Notes: generated by a model not told the origin, from the letters alone. A DNA stretch of 64,000 nt from Acidobacteriota bacterium (GCA_965217775.1 CBDCJH010000002.1:3840001-3904000), one strand, 5' to 3'; counted from the first letter of the stretch, positions 38,672 to 50,171 are shown. Numbers and translations are program-made.

Positions 38672-41011
38672 ATGCCGGTGCGGTTCGCGATAGCCGTCGT
38701 CTCCCTGAGTCTGGCGATACCGGCCGCGGCTCAGGAGTCCTCCGAGACGGTGCCGGACCGATTCGTGACGCTGTGCTCAAGCTGCCACGGTGAAAAGGCC
38801 CAGGGCACCGAACGGGGTCCTTCGTTGGTCCACAGCCGGAAGCTGCGAAGCCTTTCCGAGAACGAAATCCGCTCAGTGATCCGCAACGGCACCCAGGGAG
38901 GGATGCCGCCGTTCGCGATGGAGGACTCGGCGCTGTTGACCTTGGCGGCTTGGGTCCACTCGCTGAACGCCTCGGCCTACGATATCCAGCCGCCCGGGGA
39001 TGTCCTCGCCGGCGAGCGCTTCTTCTTCGCAGAGGGCAAGTGCGGGACGTGCCACATGATCGCGGGCCGCGGGGGTACGAATGGTCCCGATCTGTCGGAT
39101 ATCGGACGTCAACTCACGGCACTCCAACTGGACCAGTCTCTGGACGATCCCCTCGCCCGCGCCGCCGTCCGCTCTTCCGCTTCTTGTCCCGGCTGGGCCT
39201 TCTGTCCCGAGAACCCGTGGGAAGTCGCCACCGTCCAACAGCGCGATGGACCGGTGCTGCGCGGGTTCATTCGCAGCCGCGGAATGCACGACCTGCAGGT
39301 TCAGACTCTCGACGGTGGTTTACACCTGCTGCTCGACACCGAATACACCGGCATCTCCGTCGAAGCAGAACCCCTGATGCCGGCCCTCGAGGCTTCGGCC
39401 CGGGAGCGCCGCGATCTGGTGGCCTACCTGAGCCGCCGCTCCGGTACTTCGGTCGGTCCCCTGGCCGGTGAACCGGTGCCGGTGTCGAAGGAGGAGATGC
39501 GGCGAATCCTCTCTCCCGAACCTGGGGAGTGGCCCACCTACAACGGAAACCTGAACGGGAACCGTCACAGCCCTCTCGATCAGATCCATACCGGCAACGC
39601 CGGAAAGCTGCAGCTTCGATGGTCCCATTCCCTTCCGTACTCGCCTCTCGAAACCACGCCGCTGGTCAGCGACGGGATCATGTTCGTGACCGGGCCCAAC
39701 CGCGTCTGCGCGATGGATGCGCGCACGGGACGGCGGATCTGGTGCTACATCCGTCCGCGCAGCTTGGCGGGCACCATTTCCGGCGACGCCGCAATCGGAG
39801 CGAACCGGGGGGTCGCGATCCTGGGTGACCGGGTCTTCTTCACCACCGACAACTCCCACCTCATCTGTCTGAACCGATTCACAGGGGGATTGATGTGGGA
39901 CGTCGCCATGCCGGAGCCGGACCTCCCGGGGCCCTACGGATCGACCAGCGCGCCCTTGGTCGTCAACGACCTGGTCATCGCGGGGGTCGGCGGCGGCGAT
40001 GAGGGAATTCGAGGGTTTCTGGACGCCTACAAGGCGGCGACCGGAGAACGCGCCTGGCGCTTCTGGACCGTCCCGGCGCGGGGCGAGCCGGGCTCGGAGA
40101 CCTGGGTCGGAGACGCCATCGAGCTCAGCGGCGGGGCCACTTGGCTGACGGGCTCCTACGACGTGGAATCCGGGTGGCTCTACTGGACCACCGGAAACCC
40201 TTGGCCCGACACGGACCCGACCGACCGAATCGGTGCCAACCTCTACACCAACTCCGTCGTGGCGCTGGACGTGAAGACCGGCAAGCTGCAGTGGTATTTC
40301 CAGTTCACTCCGGCCGACGTTCACGACTGGGACGCCACCGAGCCGGTCCTCCTGGTGGACACGGAGTTTCAGGGACGGGACCGGAAGCTCCTGCTGCAAG
40401 CGAATCGCAACGGTTTTTTCTATGTACTCGACCGCACCAACGGCAAGTTTCTGCTGGGGGAACCCTTCGTCAAGAAGCTGACTTGGGCCAGCGGCATCGA
40501 CGACAACGGTGCGCCGCAACTACTCCCCGGCAATGAGCCGACGCTGGGCGGAACGAAGTCGTGTCCCGCCGTGCGGGGAGCGACGAACTGGTACTCGACG
40601 GCCTTTCACCCGGCGACCCGGTTGCTGTACGTGATGGCCGTGGAGGACTGCACCATCTACCAGAAGGCCCGGCTCGGGGGATTCCTGCCGTACCGGAATC
40701 CGGAGGACCCGCCCCAGAAGTTTCTGAGGGCGTTGGAAGTCGACACGGGGAAGATCGCCTGGGAGATCCAGCAAGTCGGCACTCCCGAGTCGAACTACTC
40801 CGGCGTCCTGTCCACCAACGGAGGATTGGTGTTCTACGGCGAGACGGGAGGAGGATTCGCGGCCGTCGACGCCAGGAACGGCGAGACGCTGTGGCACTTC
40901 GAGGCAAATGAGATCTGGAAGGGATCGCCCATGACCTACAAGGTCAAGGGCAAGCAGTACGTCGCGATCGCTTCGGGGGGCAACATCCTCTCGTTCGCGC
41001 TGTCCGATTAG
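38672..41011 (+). CDS. PQQ-dependent dehydrogenase with two N-terminal cytochrome c domains
   Basis: Signal peptide, CSSCH and CGTCH, then WPTYNG, RHSPLDQI, TGNPWP, WYFQFTPADVHDWDA, ANRNGFFYVLDR, PMTY..GKQYVA. Confidence 0.92.
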   Translation: MPVRFAIAVVSLSLAIPAAAQESSETVPDRFVTLCSSCHGEKAQGTERGPSLVHSRKLRSLSENEIRSVIRNGTQGGMPPFAMEDSALLTLAAWVHSLNASAYDIQPPGDVLAGERFFFAEGKCGTCHMIAGRGGTNGPDLSDIGRQLTALQLDQSLDDPLARAAVRSSASCPGWAFCPENPWEVATVQQRDGPVLRGFIRSRGMHDLQVQTLDGGLHLLLDTEYTGISVEAEPLMPALEASARERRDLVAYLSRRSGTSVGPLAGEPVPVSKEEMRRILSPEPGEWPTYNGNLNGNRHSPLDQIHTGNAGKLQLRWSHSLPYSPLETTPLVSDGIMFVTGPNRVCAMDARTGRRIWCYIRPRSLAGTISGDAAIGANRGVAILGDRVFFTTDNSHLICLNRFTGGLMWDVAMPEPDLPGPYGSTSAPLVVNDLVIAGVGGGDEGIRGFLDAYKAATGERAWRFWTVPARGEPGSETWVGDAIELSGGATWLTGSYDVESGWLYWTTGNPWPDTDPTDRIGANLYTNSVVALDVKTGKLQWYFQFTPADVHDWDATEPVLLVDTEFQGRDRKLLLQANRNGFFYVLDRTNGKFLLGEPFVKKLTWASGIDDNGAPQLLPGNEPTLGGTKSCPAVRGATNWYSTAFHPATRLLYVMAVEDCTIYQKARLGGFLPYRNPEDPPQKFLRALEVDTGKIAWEIQQVGTPESNYSGVLSTNGGLVFYGETGGGFAAVDARNGETLWHFEANEIWKGSPMTYKVKGKQYVAIASGGNILSFALSD

Positions 41012-41139
41012 CCTGAACCAGCCGCGGGGAGCGATGCGAAGGTCAGCCCGCATTTCCCACCGGGGGGCACACTCCGGGCATCTGTTCAGGAAATCCGAAT
41101 CGGCGTGGAGGACTGACGAAGAGGTCCATCCGGGTGAAG

Positions 41140-41812
41140 ATGATGAATCGACTCTTTTGCGCCTTTCTGCTGCTGATTGGCTTGGTAGCAGTCCGTGGTG
41201 AAAGTCCCGCGAGCACCGAGACCGTTCCTGCGCCCGCCGGACAAGGCGCGATTCGGGTGCATACCGGGAGTATGTGCCCGAATCGCAACGCAGTCCGCCG
41301 GGATGCAGGGACGGTCGAATGCCGTGGCGACTTTTGCCACGGGCTGGTAGGGTCCATGACAGCCGAGACATCCCGGCAGCCAGGACGCGAGATCGTCGCA
41401 CCCGCGGGGGATCGGCCCGCACGAGTATTGGGACAAGCTCGAACGGAGGCGGAATATGAAGCGTTCGTGGCTCTCAAATCGGCGCTCGGACCGCTGGGAA
41501 AGGCCGAATCGGCGCAAGATTTCCTGGAAAGGTTCCCTCTGAGCGGGCTCTCGCCGCTTGCCCACCAAGCGGACAGGGCATCCGGCAGTTACGCGCGCGG
41601 CGGCCCTGGACGGATTTACGTCGTCGCTGGCCCGTCAGCATCTCGAAAAGATCTACAGGCACCTCCACCCTCCCCTACCGGATGAGGACCAGGAGCGATA
41701 TGAGCTGCGGATCTCGCACGGCTTGAACGGACTCGTCGCTCAAGAGAGGGAATACTACCGATTACGGCAAGGACTTCCCCGAACGGCCAGGAGCGGCGGC
41801 TCGGAGAAGTGA
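41140..41812 (+). pseudogene. Degenerate paralog of the 27018 secreted TPR-like protein with an in-frame MITE and an internal deletion/frameshift
   Basis: AEYEAF..KAESAQDFLERFPLSGLSPLAHQ aligns with AEFDAW..KAELATRFLESFPNSGLTAFAHH; C-terminal homology (RAAALD..RQHLEKIY) lies in another frame. Confidence 0.65.
41189..41346 (+). mobile_element. 158-bp MITE, full copy 4 (in-frame in an ORF)
   Basis: GTAG duplicated at 41185-41188 and 41347-41350; reading frame stays open. Confidence 0.93.
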
Positions 41813-41842
41813 CTTCCGGGCGCCCAATCCTCCACTTTCCAG

Positions 41843-42970
41843 TCAAGCCGTGACGCCGGAAACGGCCTTGTTCAAGGCAGGCATCAGTTCCTTGGCGAAC
41901 AGTTCCAGGTTGCGAATCCAACTCGCCTTGTCGTCCCAGTCGAAGCCCATCAGGACGAGGGTGCCGAAGGGACCACTCTCTTCCATCAGCTCCAACAGCC
42001 GCCGGAGCACCTCGTCGACGTCGCCGGCGATGATCTGCTCCTGGAGCCATAAATCCATGTTGCAGTCGGCGTCCGGCATGTCGAGGTCGCGTTTCAGGAT
42101 CCCCCGGTGCCCCAATGAATTGTCCAACAGGGAGGCGATGTACTCGTAGTTCCCGCCCACCGAGTTGTTGCGCGCCAGCTTTACGGCCTCCTCGGTGGTG
42201 TCGGCGAGGAAAATGGCGCGACAGACTTTCCAGGTCCCGGGATCGGCTTCGCGCCCCGCTTCGGCGGCGGCCCGGGCGTAGGTCGCCCAATTGTCCGCCA
42301 GGACGTTCCCGGTGGCCAGAGCTGCCGAGAAGGGAGCGTACCCGCGCTGGCCAGCCAGGGTGAGGGTGCCCGAGTTGCGGCTGATGCCCGGCATGGCGAT
42401 GGGCGGATGCGGCTGCTGGAGCGGCTTGAATATGAATCCGATCCCCGTCGCCTCATCGACGTTCTCTTCGAGCGAGAACTGCCAGAATTTGCCTTCGTGG
42501 TGGTAGGGCGGGTCCGACGCCCACAGTTTCAGGATGGCGTCCAACGACTCCAGTGTCATAGCCCCGCCATCCTTTGGATGCTGGCCGTAGAGCTCCATGT
42601 CGGTGCTGACGCTGTTGGGCCCGAAGCAGAGGTTGAGCCGTCCCTTCGAGAGGTGATCCAGAAACGCGAGCCGCGTGGCTACGTAGGCCGGATGATGCAG
42701 ATTGAGGCACACGGGCGCGGCTCCCAGACGAATGCGTTCGGTCACTCCGAGCACGCGGCCGATGAACACCTCGGGGACCACGATCGGCTCGAACCTCATG
42801 GTGTGGTGCTCGCCGATCCAGAATTCGTCGAAACCGAGTTCCTCCGCCCGGATGACCAGTTCGACATCCTCGTCGAAGCACTGAGCCAGCGGCTTGCTCG
42901 ATGGGTGGTAGGGCATGATGAAAATGCCGGTTTTGATGGGTCGTGCGCCAGCGTTGGTGTCACCTGTCAT
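41843..42970 (-). CDS. LLM-class flavin-dependent oxidoreductase
   Basis: AEELGFDEFWIGEHH, LDHLSKGR, PLQQPHPPI, LELFAKELMP. Confidence 0.93.
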   Translation of the reverse strand: MTGDTNAGARPIKTGIFIMPYHPSSKPLAQCFDEDVELVIRAEELGFDEFWIGEHHTMRFEPIVVPEVFIGRVLGVTERIRLGAAPVCLNLHHPAYVATRLAFLDHLSKGRLNLCFGPNSVSTDMELYGQHPKDGGAMTLESLDAILKLWASDPPYHHEGKFWQFSLEENVDEATGIGFIFKPLQQPHPPIAMPGISRNSGTLTLAGQRGYAPFSAALATGNVLADNWATYARAAAEAGREADPGTWKVCRAIFLADTTEEAVKLARNNSVGGNYEYIASLLDNSLGHRGILKRDLDMPDADCNMDLWLQEQIIAGDVDEVLRRLLELMEESGPFGTLVLMGFDWDDKASWIRNLELFAKELMPALNKAVSGVTA

Positions 42971-43551
42971 GCGCCGTGTTCTCCTCTCGTCGACGGGGCC
43001 TTTGGGGAATGGTTCCGTGCCAGAAGAATGTTGCGATCGGATTATGGAGTCAACCTCAGAAGAGGAATAAGGAGTGAGAGAAGAGAAGGTGACAGGCACG
43101 CTCCCATGGTGATTGGCTCCCGCTCGACGAAACTGAACCAGGAGTGAAAGTAAGGATATAGAACCTGGGCGAGGCGGCGGCACGAATCCCTCGTCGGGTG
43201 GTTCGCACTTCCCCACTTCACCGGTAGCGGGAGCCGGTCGAGCTCGACCCCCGGTTTCTCCCCTGAATCCGCCGGGTCGCCCCCCGTTGGGGAAGCTTCC
43301 GAGTCGTCCAGGCCGGACCTGTGTCGGCAGCCTGCTTGACGTGTGTTTGCGGCCCGTTTGCTCTGGGGGAACGTTCCGCCGGCCCGTTGGTCTGGAACTC
43401 GGAAATCTGTTTTGTAATATTGGATTTTACGGAGATGCGTACGACGGAACCCGCCACGAACTTACCCGATGGGGAGCTCCGCGGGGTTCTCCATTTCTCC
43501 AAGTTCCATGTTCATCCGGCCCGATTTGTCCTGCTGGCCGAAATAGCCTAG

Positions 43552-43709
43552 CAGCCCGTGGCAAAAGTCATCACGGCATTCGACCGTCCCTGCATCCCGG
43601 CGGACGGCGTTGCGATTCGGGCACATACTCCCGGTATGCACCCGAATCGCGCCTTGTCCGGCGGGCGCAGGAACGGTCTCGGTGCTCGCGGGACTTTCAC
43701 CACGGACTG
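43552..43709 (-). mobile_element. 158-bp MITE, full copy 5
   Basis: CTAG duplicated at 43548-43551 and 43710-43713; 30 nt upstream of the TonB receptor start. Confidence 0.93.
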
Positions 43710-43739
43710 CTAGTCGATTTCATGCGGGAGATTTCCATC

Positions 43740-46700
43740 ATGTCGATCAGAAGCCTGATCCCTTCTTCCTCTCATCCTCGCTTATGGCGCTCTCTGCGCC
43801 GACTGGGGATCGCGGCGGCGATTCTGTTGGCCGGCACGGTCCTGCTTTCCGCCCAGACCGACACCGGCACCATTCGCGGCTACGTCTACGATGAGACCCG
43901 GGCCGTTCTCCCCGGCGTCACCGTTACCGCCACTTACCAAGGCCGCGGCGTGACCCGGGAGACCCTCACCTCGGAGATCGGCGAATACGTCCTGAGCCGG
44001 GTCGATCCCGGCCTCTACACGCTCCGCTTCGAGTTGCCCGGGTTCGCTCCCTACGTGGCCAAGGACCTGGAGGTGCTGGTGGGACAGACCCAGTCCTTTT
44101 CCCCCGAGATACCGGTGGCCGCCGAGGCCGTTGAAATCACGGCGGAAGCGACGCGGGTCAGCATCGCCCACGACAAGACCCAGCAGTCCAACCATATCGA
44201 CTCTGCCAGCATCGAGGATCTGCCCGTCAACCGCCGCGACTACCTGGACTTGGCGCTGCTGACTCCCGGCGTCGTCGACTCGAACTATGTGGCGGATGAC
44301 CGCGACTACCGCATCGCCCCGACCCCCGCGTCCGGACTCGGTATCGGCGGCGGCGGCGGGCGCGGCAACACCTTCACCATCGATGGATTGGACAACAACT
44401 ACGCCACCGGAAGCGTCCGCTCCTCCATCAGTCAGGACGCGGTGCAGGAGTTTCAGATCAACCGCAATTCGTTTTCCGCGGAACTGGGCGGAGCGCCCGG
44501 GGGAGCCATCAACATCGTCACCAAGGGAGGGACCAACGAGTTTCGCGGGTCCATCTTCGGAGTGCTCCGCAACCGGCGCTTCCAGACCCGCAACCACTTC
44601 GATCCGGCCGACTCGGCGTATACAAGGAGCCAGAGTGGGGGGTCTTTTGGCGGCCCCATCCTGCGAGACAGGACATTCTTCTACACCGCCTACGAACGCC
44701 TCGACCGTCACGAATCCTCGTTCGTTCCGCTGCTCCGGGACAGATCGTTCCTGTACGAGCCGACGCCCTCGCAAAAGGCCTTGGCCGGGGCGCTCGGGGA
44801 CGCGGTTCCGCCCCAGTTGGCCCCGCTGGTCCAACAACTTACGGCGGCCTTGATTCCGGGAAACTTCCCCCACGTCGTCCATCTGTTCGAGAGCAACAGC
44901 GGGGTGTTCCCGTTCTCGGAAGAGCGGCAGCAAGTCATAGGGCGCATCGACCATGCGGTGGGCTCCGGGCACAATCTCTTCTTTCGAGGAAACTGGACAG
45001 GACAGAACAGCCAGAACACCAGCTTCGGTTCGCTGGTGGCCCGCAGCCGGGGACGCAACAACAATGTGAACGATTTCGCCCTGGCGGTCGGAGACACCCT
45101 GGTCGTGGGTCCGGAATGGATCAGCGAGACCTGGTTGGGACTGTCGTACCACGACTTCGGGGTCTTCCCGACCGACCCCCACGGACCCTCCATCGACATC
45201 AACGGATTCGGCCATTTTGGACGAGACTTCATCCTGCCGACTCGAAGCCTCCAACGCAGGGGACAGGCCCGGCAGAATTTCACTTACGTCTCCGGGGGGC
45301 ACACGTTGAAGTTCGGTGCGGACGTCAACCTGGGATACAGCAGAGTTCGGTCCGAGACCTTCTTCAGCGGGCGATTCATCTTCGGAGCGGCCGTCCCCCT
45401 TTCAGCTCTGATCGACGCCAGGGGCGGGCCCGGCGCATCCCAATTCGTCAAGCTGTTGCTGACGGGAGCGGGGGCTCCCCACCTGGCGGCGGCAGTGGAC
45501 CACCCCATCTCCTCACTTCAGGCCTACGCGCTGGGCCTCCCCATCGTTTACCAACAGGGCTTCGGCGATCCTTTCTGGCGCGGAGGGGCGAGTACCTACG
45601 GGTTCTTCGTAGAAGACTCCTGGCGGATCCGCCCGAAATTCCTGCTGACTCTGGGACTGCGCCACGAGCTCTTCCGCAAGTCGAATTTTCCCAGAGACAA
45701 CAACAACTTCGGGCCACGCATGGGATTCGCCTGGAGCCCCGATACCAAGACCGTGGTGCGGGGCGGCTACGGTATTTTCCATGCCCGGATCGACGGCCAG
45801 ATCACGTACATTCGGGACCTGCTCTCAGACGAAGTCCAGCAGATCTTTCAGGTCTTCATCCCCTTGACCGGCATCCCGGGAATCAACAGCGCGCTGACCG
45901 GGCAGACGCTCACGTCGGCGGAGATCTACCAGTCGGTGTTGGCCCGGGGCATTCTGGGCAAACGGCAAATCAGGCCTGAGGACTTGGCCATCCACGGCCT
46001 GGTTCCGACTCCCGGACTGCCGTTGCGCGTCGCGTTCACCGTGGCCGACGATATGGTGAACCCCTACGCCCAACAGGCAAGCCTCGAGATCCAAAGAAAC
46101 GTCGGCGGATTTGCCCTCTCGGCCGGGTACAACTTCAACCGCGGCGTCCATATCAGTCCGTGGTGAAAGTCTCGCGAGCACCGAGACCGTTCCTGCGCCC
46201 GCCGGACAAGGCGCGATGAGGGAGCATACCGGGAGTATGTGACCGAATCGCAACGCAGTCCGCCGGGATGCAGGGACGGTCGAATGCCGCGACGACTTTT
46301 GCCACGGGCTGATATCGTCCGCCCGCTCGACGTCAACATCTACCGCGCCGGAACCAACGCCCAAGGACGACCCATCGTCGGTTTTCACAGGCCGGAGATC
46401 CTGCAGGACAACGTCTATGGCAGTTGGTCCAATTCCTTCTATCACGCCCTGATTCTGCAATTGGAGAAGCGCTTTTCGGACGGCGTCGTGATCTCGGCAC
46501 ACCACACCTGGAGCAAGGCGATGGACGAGATCACCGACTACAACTCCTCGTTCCAACCTCACCTGCAGTGGGACGCCGCGGCCGAAACGGCCCTCTCGTC
46601 CTACCATCGCGGTCACCGCTTCGTCTTGCGCACCCTGGCGAAGCTGCCCTGGAAGGCCGGCCGGGGGAAAGGGCTCGGACACAACCTGTTGGGCGACCTC

Positions 46701-47090
46701 ACCCTTTCCGGGATTGTCACGGCACGCTCGTTTGCCCCCTTCAACCTCAATGCCGGCTTCGACAACGTGGGCGACCGCCACACCGACACGCACCGTCCCT
46801 GGGGCCTGGGCCGCAACGTGGGCATCGGACCCAACCTCTTCAGCGTCGACCTGCGCCTGAAGCGCCGAATTTCGCTCGGAGAGGACAAGAGCCTGGACAT
46901 CGTCGCCGAAGGGTTCAACATCCTCAACCGCACCAACTTCAAGCACGTCAACGGCACCGTCGGTACGCTCACCCTGGAGGAGCTCCCGTCCTCGTACACG
47001 GGACGCCGGGGGCCGGTGACGGAACCGTTCTCGTACACCTCGGCATTCGCACCGAGGCAGTTCCAGTTTTCTCTCCGTCTCAATTTCTGA
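43740..47090 (+). pseudogene. Oar-type TonB-dependent receptor interrupted by a MITE (single in-frame TGA)
   Basis: ORFs 43287..46166 and 46239..47090 share a frame; removing the insertion restores GVHIVRPLD; ends in LRLNF. Confidence 0.88.
46154..46311 (+). mobile_element. 158-bp MITE, full copy 6
   Basis: ATAT duplicated at 46150-46153 and 46312-46315. Confidence 0.93.
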
Positions 47091-47202
47091 TGGGCCGAAC
47101 GTAGCTTCCCCGGACGGCAAAGCGAAGGACCGAAGAAATCCGTGCTATTTGCTCCACTATGCGCCGGAGCCGACCCGCCGGCGGTCGGGAGCCGCGCCGG
47201 GA

Positions 47203-48876
47203 TCAGACTCGCGTGGGCAGCGTCCGGTATTCGATGCTCAACTCCAGGCTGTGGAGGATCATCTCGATGCGGACCTGGGGGTTGCGCTTCTCGAGGGTGG
47301 CCTCCAACCGGTTGACTCCCTGCCGGATCCAGTCTCCGTGCGTGAGGTCGTAGGACATGATGTAGTTGCCCTGGTACTCGATGGGCCCCGGACCGACCCG
47401 GTTCATGGGGATCTCCAGGCCGGGGTTTTCAGGCAACGGACGCCCGTTCCAGTTCAGTTCCAGGTCATCTTCCCACGTCAATCCCACCACGGTCAGGCTC
47501 AGCTTGATCTCCTGGAGCATGCCTCTGCGGCGCGCCATGTCCAGGTCGTCCGCCACCAGGACTTCCACCGTCTTGGTCTTCCCTTCGGCCAGCGCCTCGG
47601 GCAGTTGATGCACGAAAGCCTGGAAGACGTCACTGCTGCGGGGGTACTTATTCAAGCAGTCGTAACAGCCGACCTCGGTATAGAGCTTGTCCTTGTGCTC
47701 CAGCGTCTTGGGATTCCCCAACTCCTGGAACACCACCTCGGCCTCCTTCAGATTGTGGCCGATATGGTGGTGGAAGTTGAACATGTAGATCCCGTCGACT
47801 CCCTGACGCCAGGCGTTGGCGGCTCCGGCCCGGAGTGTCGCCGCGGGTGGACGCCGGTGGTAGCCCGGCCCCACTTGTTCGGAAGTGCAGGCGTAGATCC
47901 GGCACGAGGTCCCTTTCGCCAGGGCGACGAACTCGTCGTAGGGCATGCTCGTGGCCGTATCCCAATGGACCCCGGGAGAGACGTAATCGACCAAGCCCTC
48001 CTGGATCCAGGTCTTCAACTCCAGTCCGATCTGATGGCACTTTTCCAGCGTCGCCGGGACCCGGATCCCGAATCCCAGGGGGCGGCCTCGATCGGTTCCG
48101 ATGCGGCTGAACAAGGCCCTGGCTTCACGCAGATACCGGGTCAGGATCGGCCTCCCCTTCTCGATGTCGGGGAAATAGTGCCCGGGCTCGCGCAGGAAAT
48201 CCCACTCGAAGCCGTCGGCATCATAGCGGGTGCACGCGTCCTCTACCAGTTGCAGACGGTGCGCCCGGACCTCAGGTATCGAGAAGTTGAGGCCGACGCA
48301 TTTCTCGGCGTAGACGCTTTCGGGACTATGGACGCCCGAGCCACAGTTGTCTCCCAACTCGTATTCTCGATGGGCAACCCGAAAGTGGCTGGGCCATTGA
48401 AAACGGGGACCGTGCAGATCATTGAAGCGCATGCCGATCCAGTACTGCAGGCCGGCTTCGTGAGCCAGCTCCAGAGAGAGCTGCCAGGGATCGATGCCCT
48501 GGTCCAACAGTCCTCGGATACAGGTCTGCTGTTTCCACTCGCTGACGTGAAGGAACGTGTCCCGATCGATCCCCTCGGCCTCGGGGACCCGGGTGGGAAA
48601 CAGGGGGACCGCGTCGCCGAAGCCGAACATGTGGCAGACGACGGCGCCGATCTGGGTCCCGACGAACCGGCCCACGGCTTCGTAGACGAAGTCCTCAGGC
48701 GTCCTGGGAGGAGCGGGGTAGAAGAGGAAGCTGCCGTCGTTGTTGTAGAACAGAGGCGGCAGCGAAAGGCGCTCCGTCTGGGCCTCAAGAGGCCGGGCCG
48801 ACGCGACTCCGGCCCCCGCCAAGGTCAGCGCGCCCACGTTCCGCTGAAACTCCCTTCGGTTCAGCCTCTTCGCCAT
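47203..48876 (-). CDS. Tat-exported GHL10-like (glycosyl hydrolase-like TIM barrel) protein
   Basis: NRREF Tat motif, YNNDG, RFNDLH, LNFSIPEVR, YDADGFEWDFLR, DGIYMFNF. Confidence 0.7.
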   Translation of the reverse strand: MAKRLNRREFQRNVGALTLAGAGVASARPLEAQTERLSLPPLFYNNDGSFLFYPAPPRTPEDFVYEAVGRFVGTQIGAVVCHMFGFGDAVPLFPTRVPEAEGIDRDTFLHVSEWKQQTCIRGLLDQGIDPWQLSLELAHEAGLQYWIGMRFNDLHGPRFQWPSHFRVAHREYELGDNCGSGVHSPESVYAEKCVGLNFSIPEVRAHRLQLVEDACTRYDADGFEWDFLREPGHYFPDIEKGRPILTRYLREARALFSRIGTDRGRPLGFGIRVPATLEKCHQIGLELKTWIQEGLVDYVSPGVHWDTATSMPYDEFVALAKGTSCRIYACTSEQVGPGYHRRPPAATLRAGAANAWRQGVDGIYMFNFHHHIGHNLKEAEVVFQELGNPKTLEHKDKLYTEVGCYDCLNKYPRSSDVFQAFVHQLPEALAEGKTKTVEVLVADDLDMARRRGMLQEIKLSLTVVGLTWEDDLELNWNGRPLPENPGLEIPMNRVGPGPIEYQGNYIMSYDLTHGDWIRQGVNRLEATLEKRNPQVRIEMILHSLELSIEYRTLPTRV

Positions 48877-48938
48877 GATGATCCTCCCGCGAGCCCTGTC
48901 GATGCGGGTTTTGGAATTCGCTTCCCGTCAAGAGACCC

Positions 48939-50171
48939 TCAGGCCGGAATTCGCACGGCCCGGCGGCTGGCCGACGACTCCTTGGCCGCCTCGATGATCT
49001 CCAGCATGTGGACATTGTCTCGAATCGGCGAGGGGGCCGGGGCCCCGGTCCGCGAGGCCTCCAGGAAGTCCCGGAACAACTCTTCGGCCATGATGCCGCC
49101 GTAACCCGGAGTCTGCGGAATCTGGTAGGTCTTGCGGTGGCGGCGGCCGCTGACCCAATGCCGGGCCTCACTGTAGAGGGTGTAGGTTCCACCCGCCACG
49201 GCGGCATTCGTCGTCCCGTGCTCCACCGGCTCCACCAGCGGCAGGATGGAATAGCCTTCCGTTCCCCGCATGCCGATGTAGAAATCGTAGACGGCCCGGC
49301 TGCCCTTCAAGTGATATCCGGCCTGGAACGTCCCCAGCTTGCCGCTCTCGAAGCTGAGCAACAGCAATCCCGTGTCTTCGACGGCAATCTTCTCCGGATT
49401 CAGGTTCCCCACCAGGGCCATGACTTCCACCACCCGCTCCTGCATCAGGTACAACACCAGGTCCAGGCAATGGCACCCCAACCAGGACATGATTCCGCTG
49501 CCCGCGGTCTTGGGATCGAAGATGTAGGCGGAGGTGTCCCGGTATTCCACCAACCCGTTCAGGAGCTTGGCCTCGATGGTCATGATGCGGCCCAGCGCAC
49601 CATCGTCCAGGGCCCGCTTAAAGTCCATGACCATGGGATTGTAGCGCCACTGCAGCATGGCGCCGGCCGTCACGCCCTTCTTCTCCGCCACTTCCGCAAC
49701 CCGGCGGAGGTGGGAGGAGTGGGTCGTCGCCGGTTTGTCGTACAGGACCGGCAAGCCGGCGGAGACGACCTGCTCCAGAATGCCCGGCGCCTGGTCCGGA
49801 CGGGCGCAGACCGTCACCGCGTCCAGGTCGTCTCTGGCCAGGAATTTGCCCAGGTCGGTGGATTTCGAGGCCACCTTGGACGACTCTGCGGCAAGTTTTT
49901 CGACGTCGGCCAGCTCGGTGGCGGCACAGACGTGGATCTTGCCCACCTCCGAAAGCTGGTCCAGGACACGCACGTGTCCCCCGGCATGACCGTGGCCGGA
50001 GATAGCTCCCACCACCATGGACCCTTCCCGGATTGGGCTCGACCCGAGGTTCGATGGGAGGACGCCGCCGCTCGATCCCAACGGCTCGCCACCCCCCAGA
50101 GCTTCCCGTCTCAAGTTGCCCATCGCCGCCACCGAAGGCAGCGCATAGCCGAGAAAGCTGCGTCTCTGCAT
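48939..50171 (-). CDS. Tat-exported Gfo/Idh/MocA family oxidoreductase
   Basis: MQRRSFLG signal, LYDKP motif, GALGRI, WLGCHCLD. Confidence 0.85.
   Translation of the reverse strand: MQRRSFLGYALPSVAAMGNLRREALGGGEPLGSSGGVLPSNLGSSPIREGSMVVGAISGHGHAGGHVRVLDQLSEVGKIHVCAATELADVEKLAAESSKVASKSTDLGKFLARDDLDAVTVCARPDQAPGILEQVVSAGLPVLYDKPATTHSSHLRRVAEVAEKKGVTAGAMLQWRYNPMVMDFKRALDDGALGRIMTIEAKLLNGLVEYRDTSAYIFDPKTAGSGIMSWLGCHCLDLVLYLMQERVVEVMALVGNLNPEKIAVEDTGLLLLSFESGKLGTFQAGYHLKGSRAVYDFYIGMRGTEGYSILPLVEPVEHGTTNAAVAGGTYTLYSEARHWVSGRRHRKTYQIPQTPGYGGIMAEELFRDFLEASRTGAPAPSPIRDNVHMLEIIEAAKESSASRRAVRIPA

Noticed and set aside
43287-43739. N-terminal extensions in the ORF track (43287; also 38201, 1424, 18625, 50513)
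   Set aside because: Read-through of intergenic or MITE sequence; signal peptides and/or RBSs point to later starts
46164-46190. TGA plus hairpin as a selenocysteine/SECIS site
   Set aside because: The TGA belongs to the MITE end rather than a conserved Cys position, and the hairpin loop is closer to the UGA than in canonical bacterial SECIS elements
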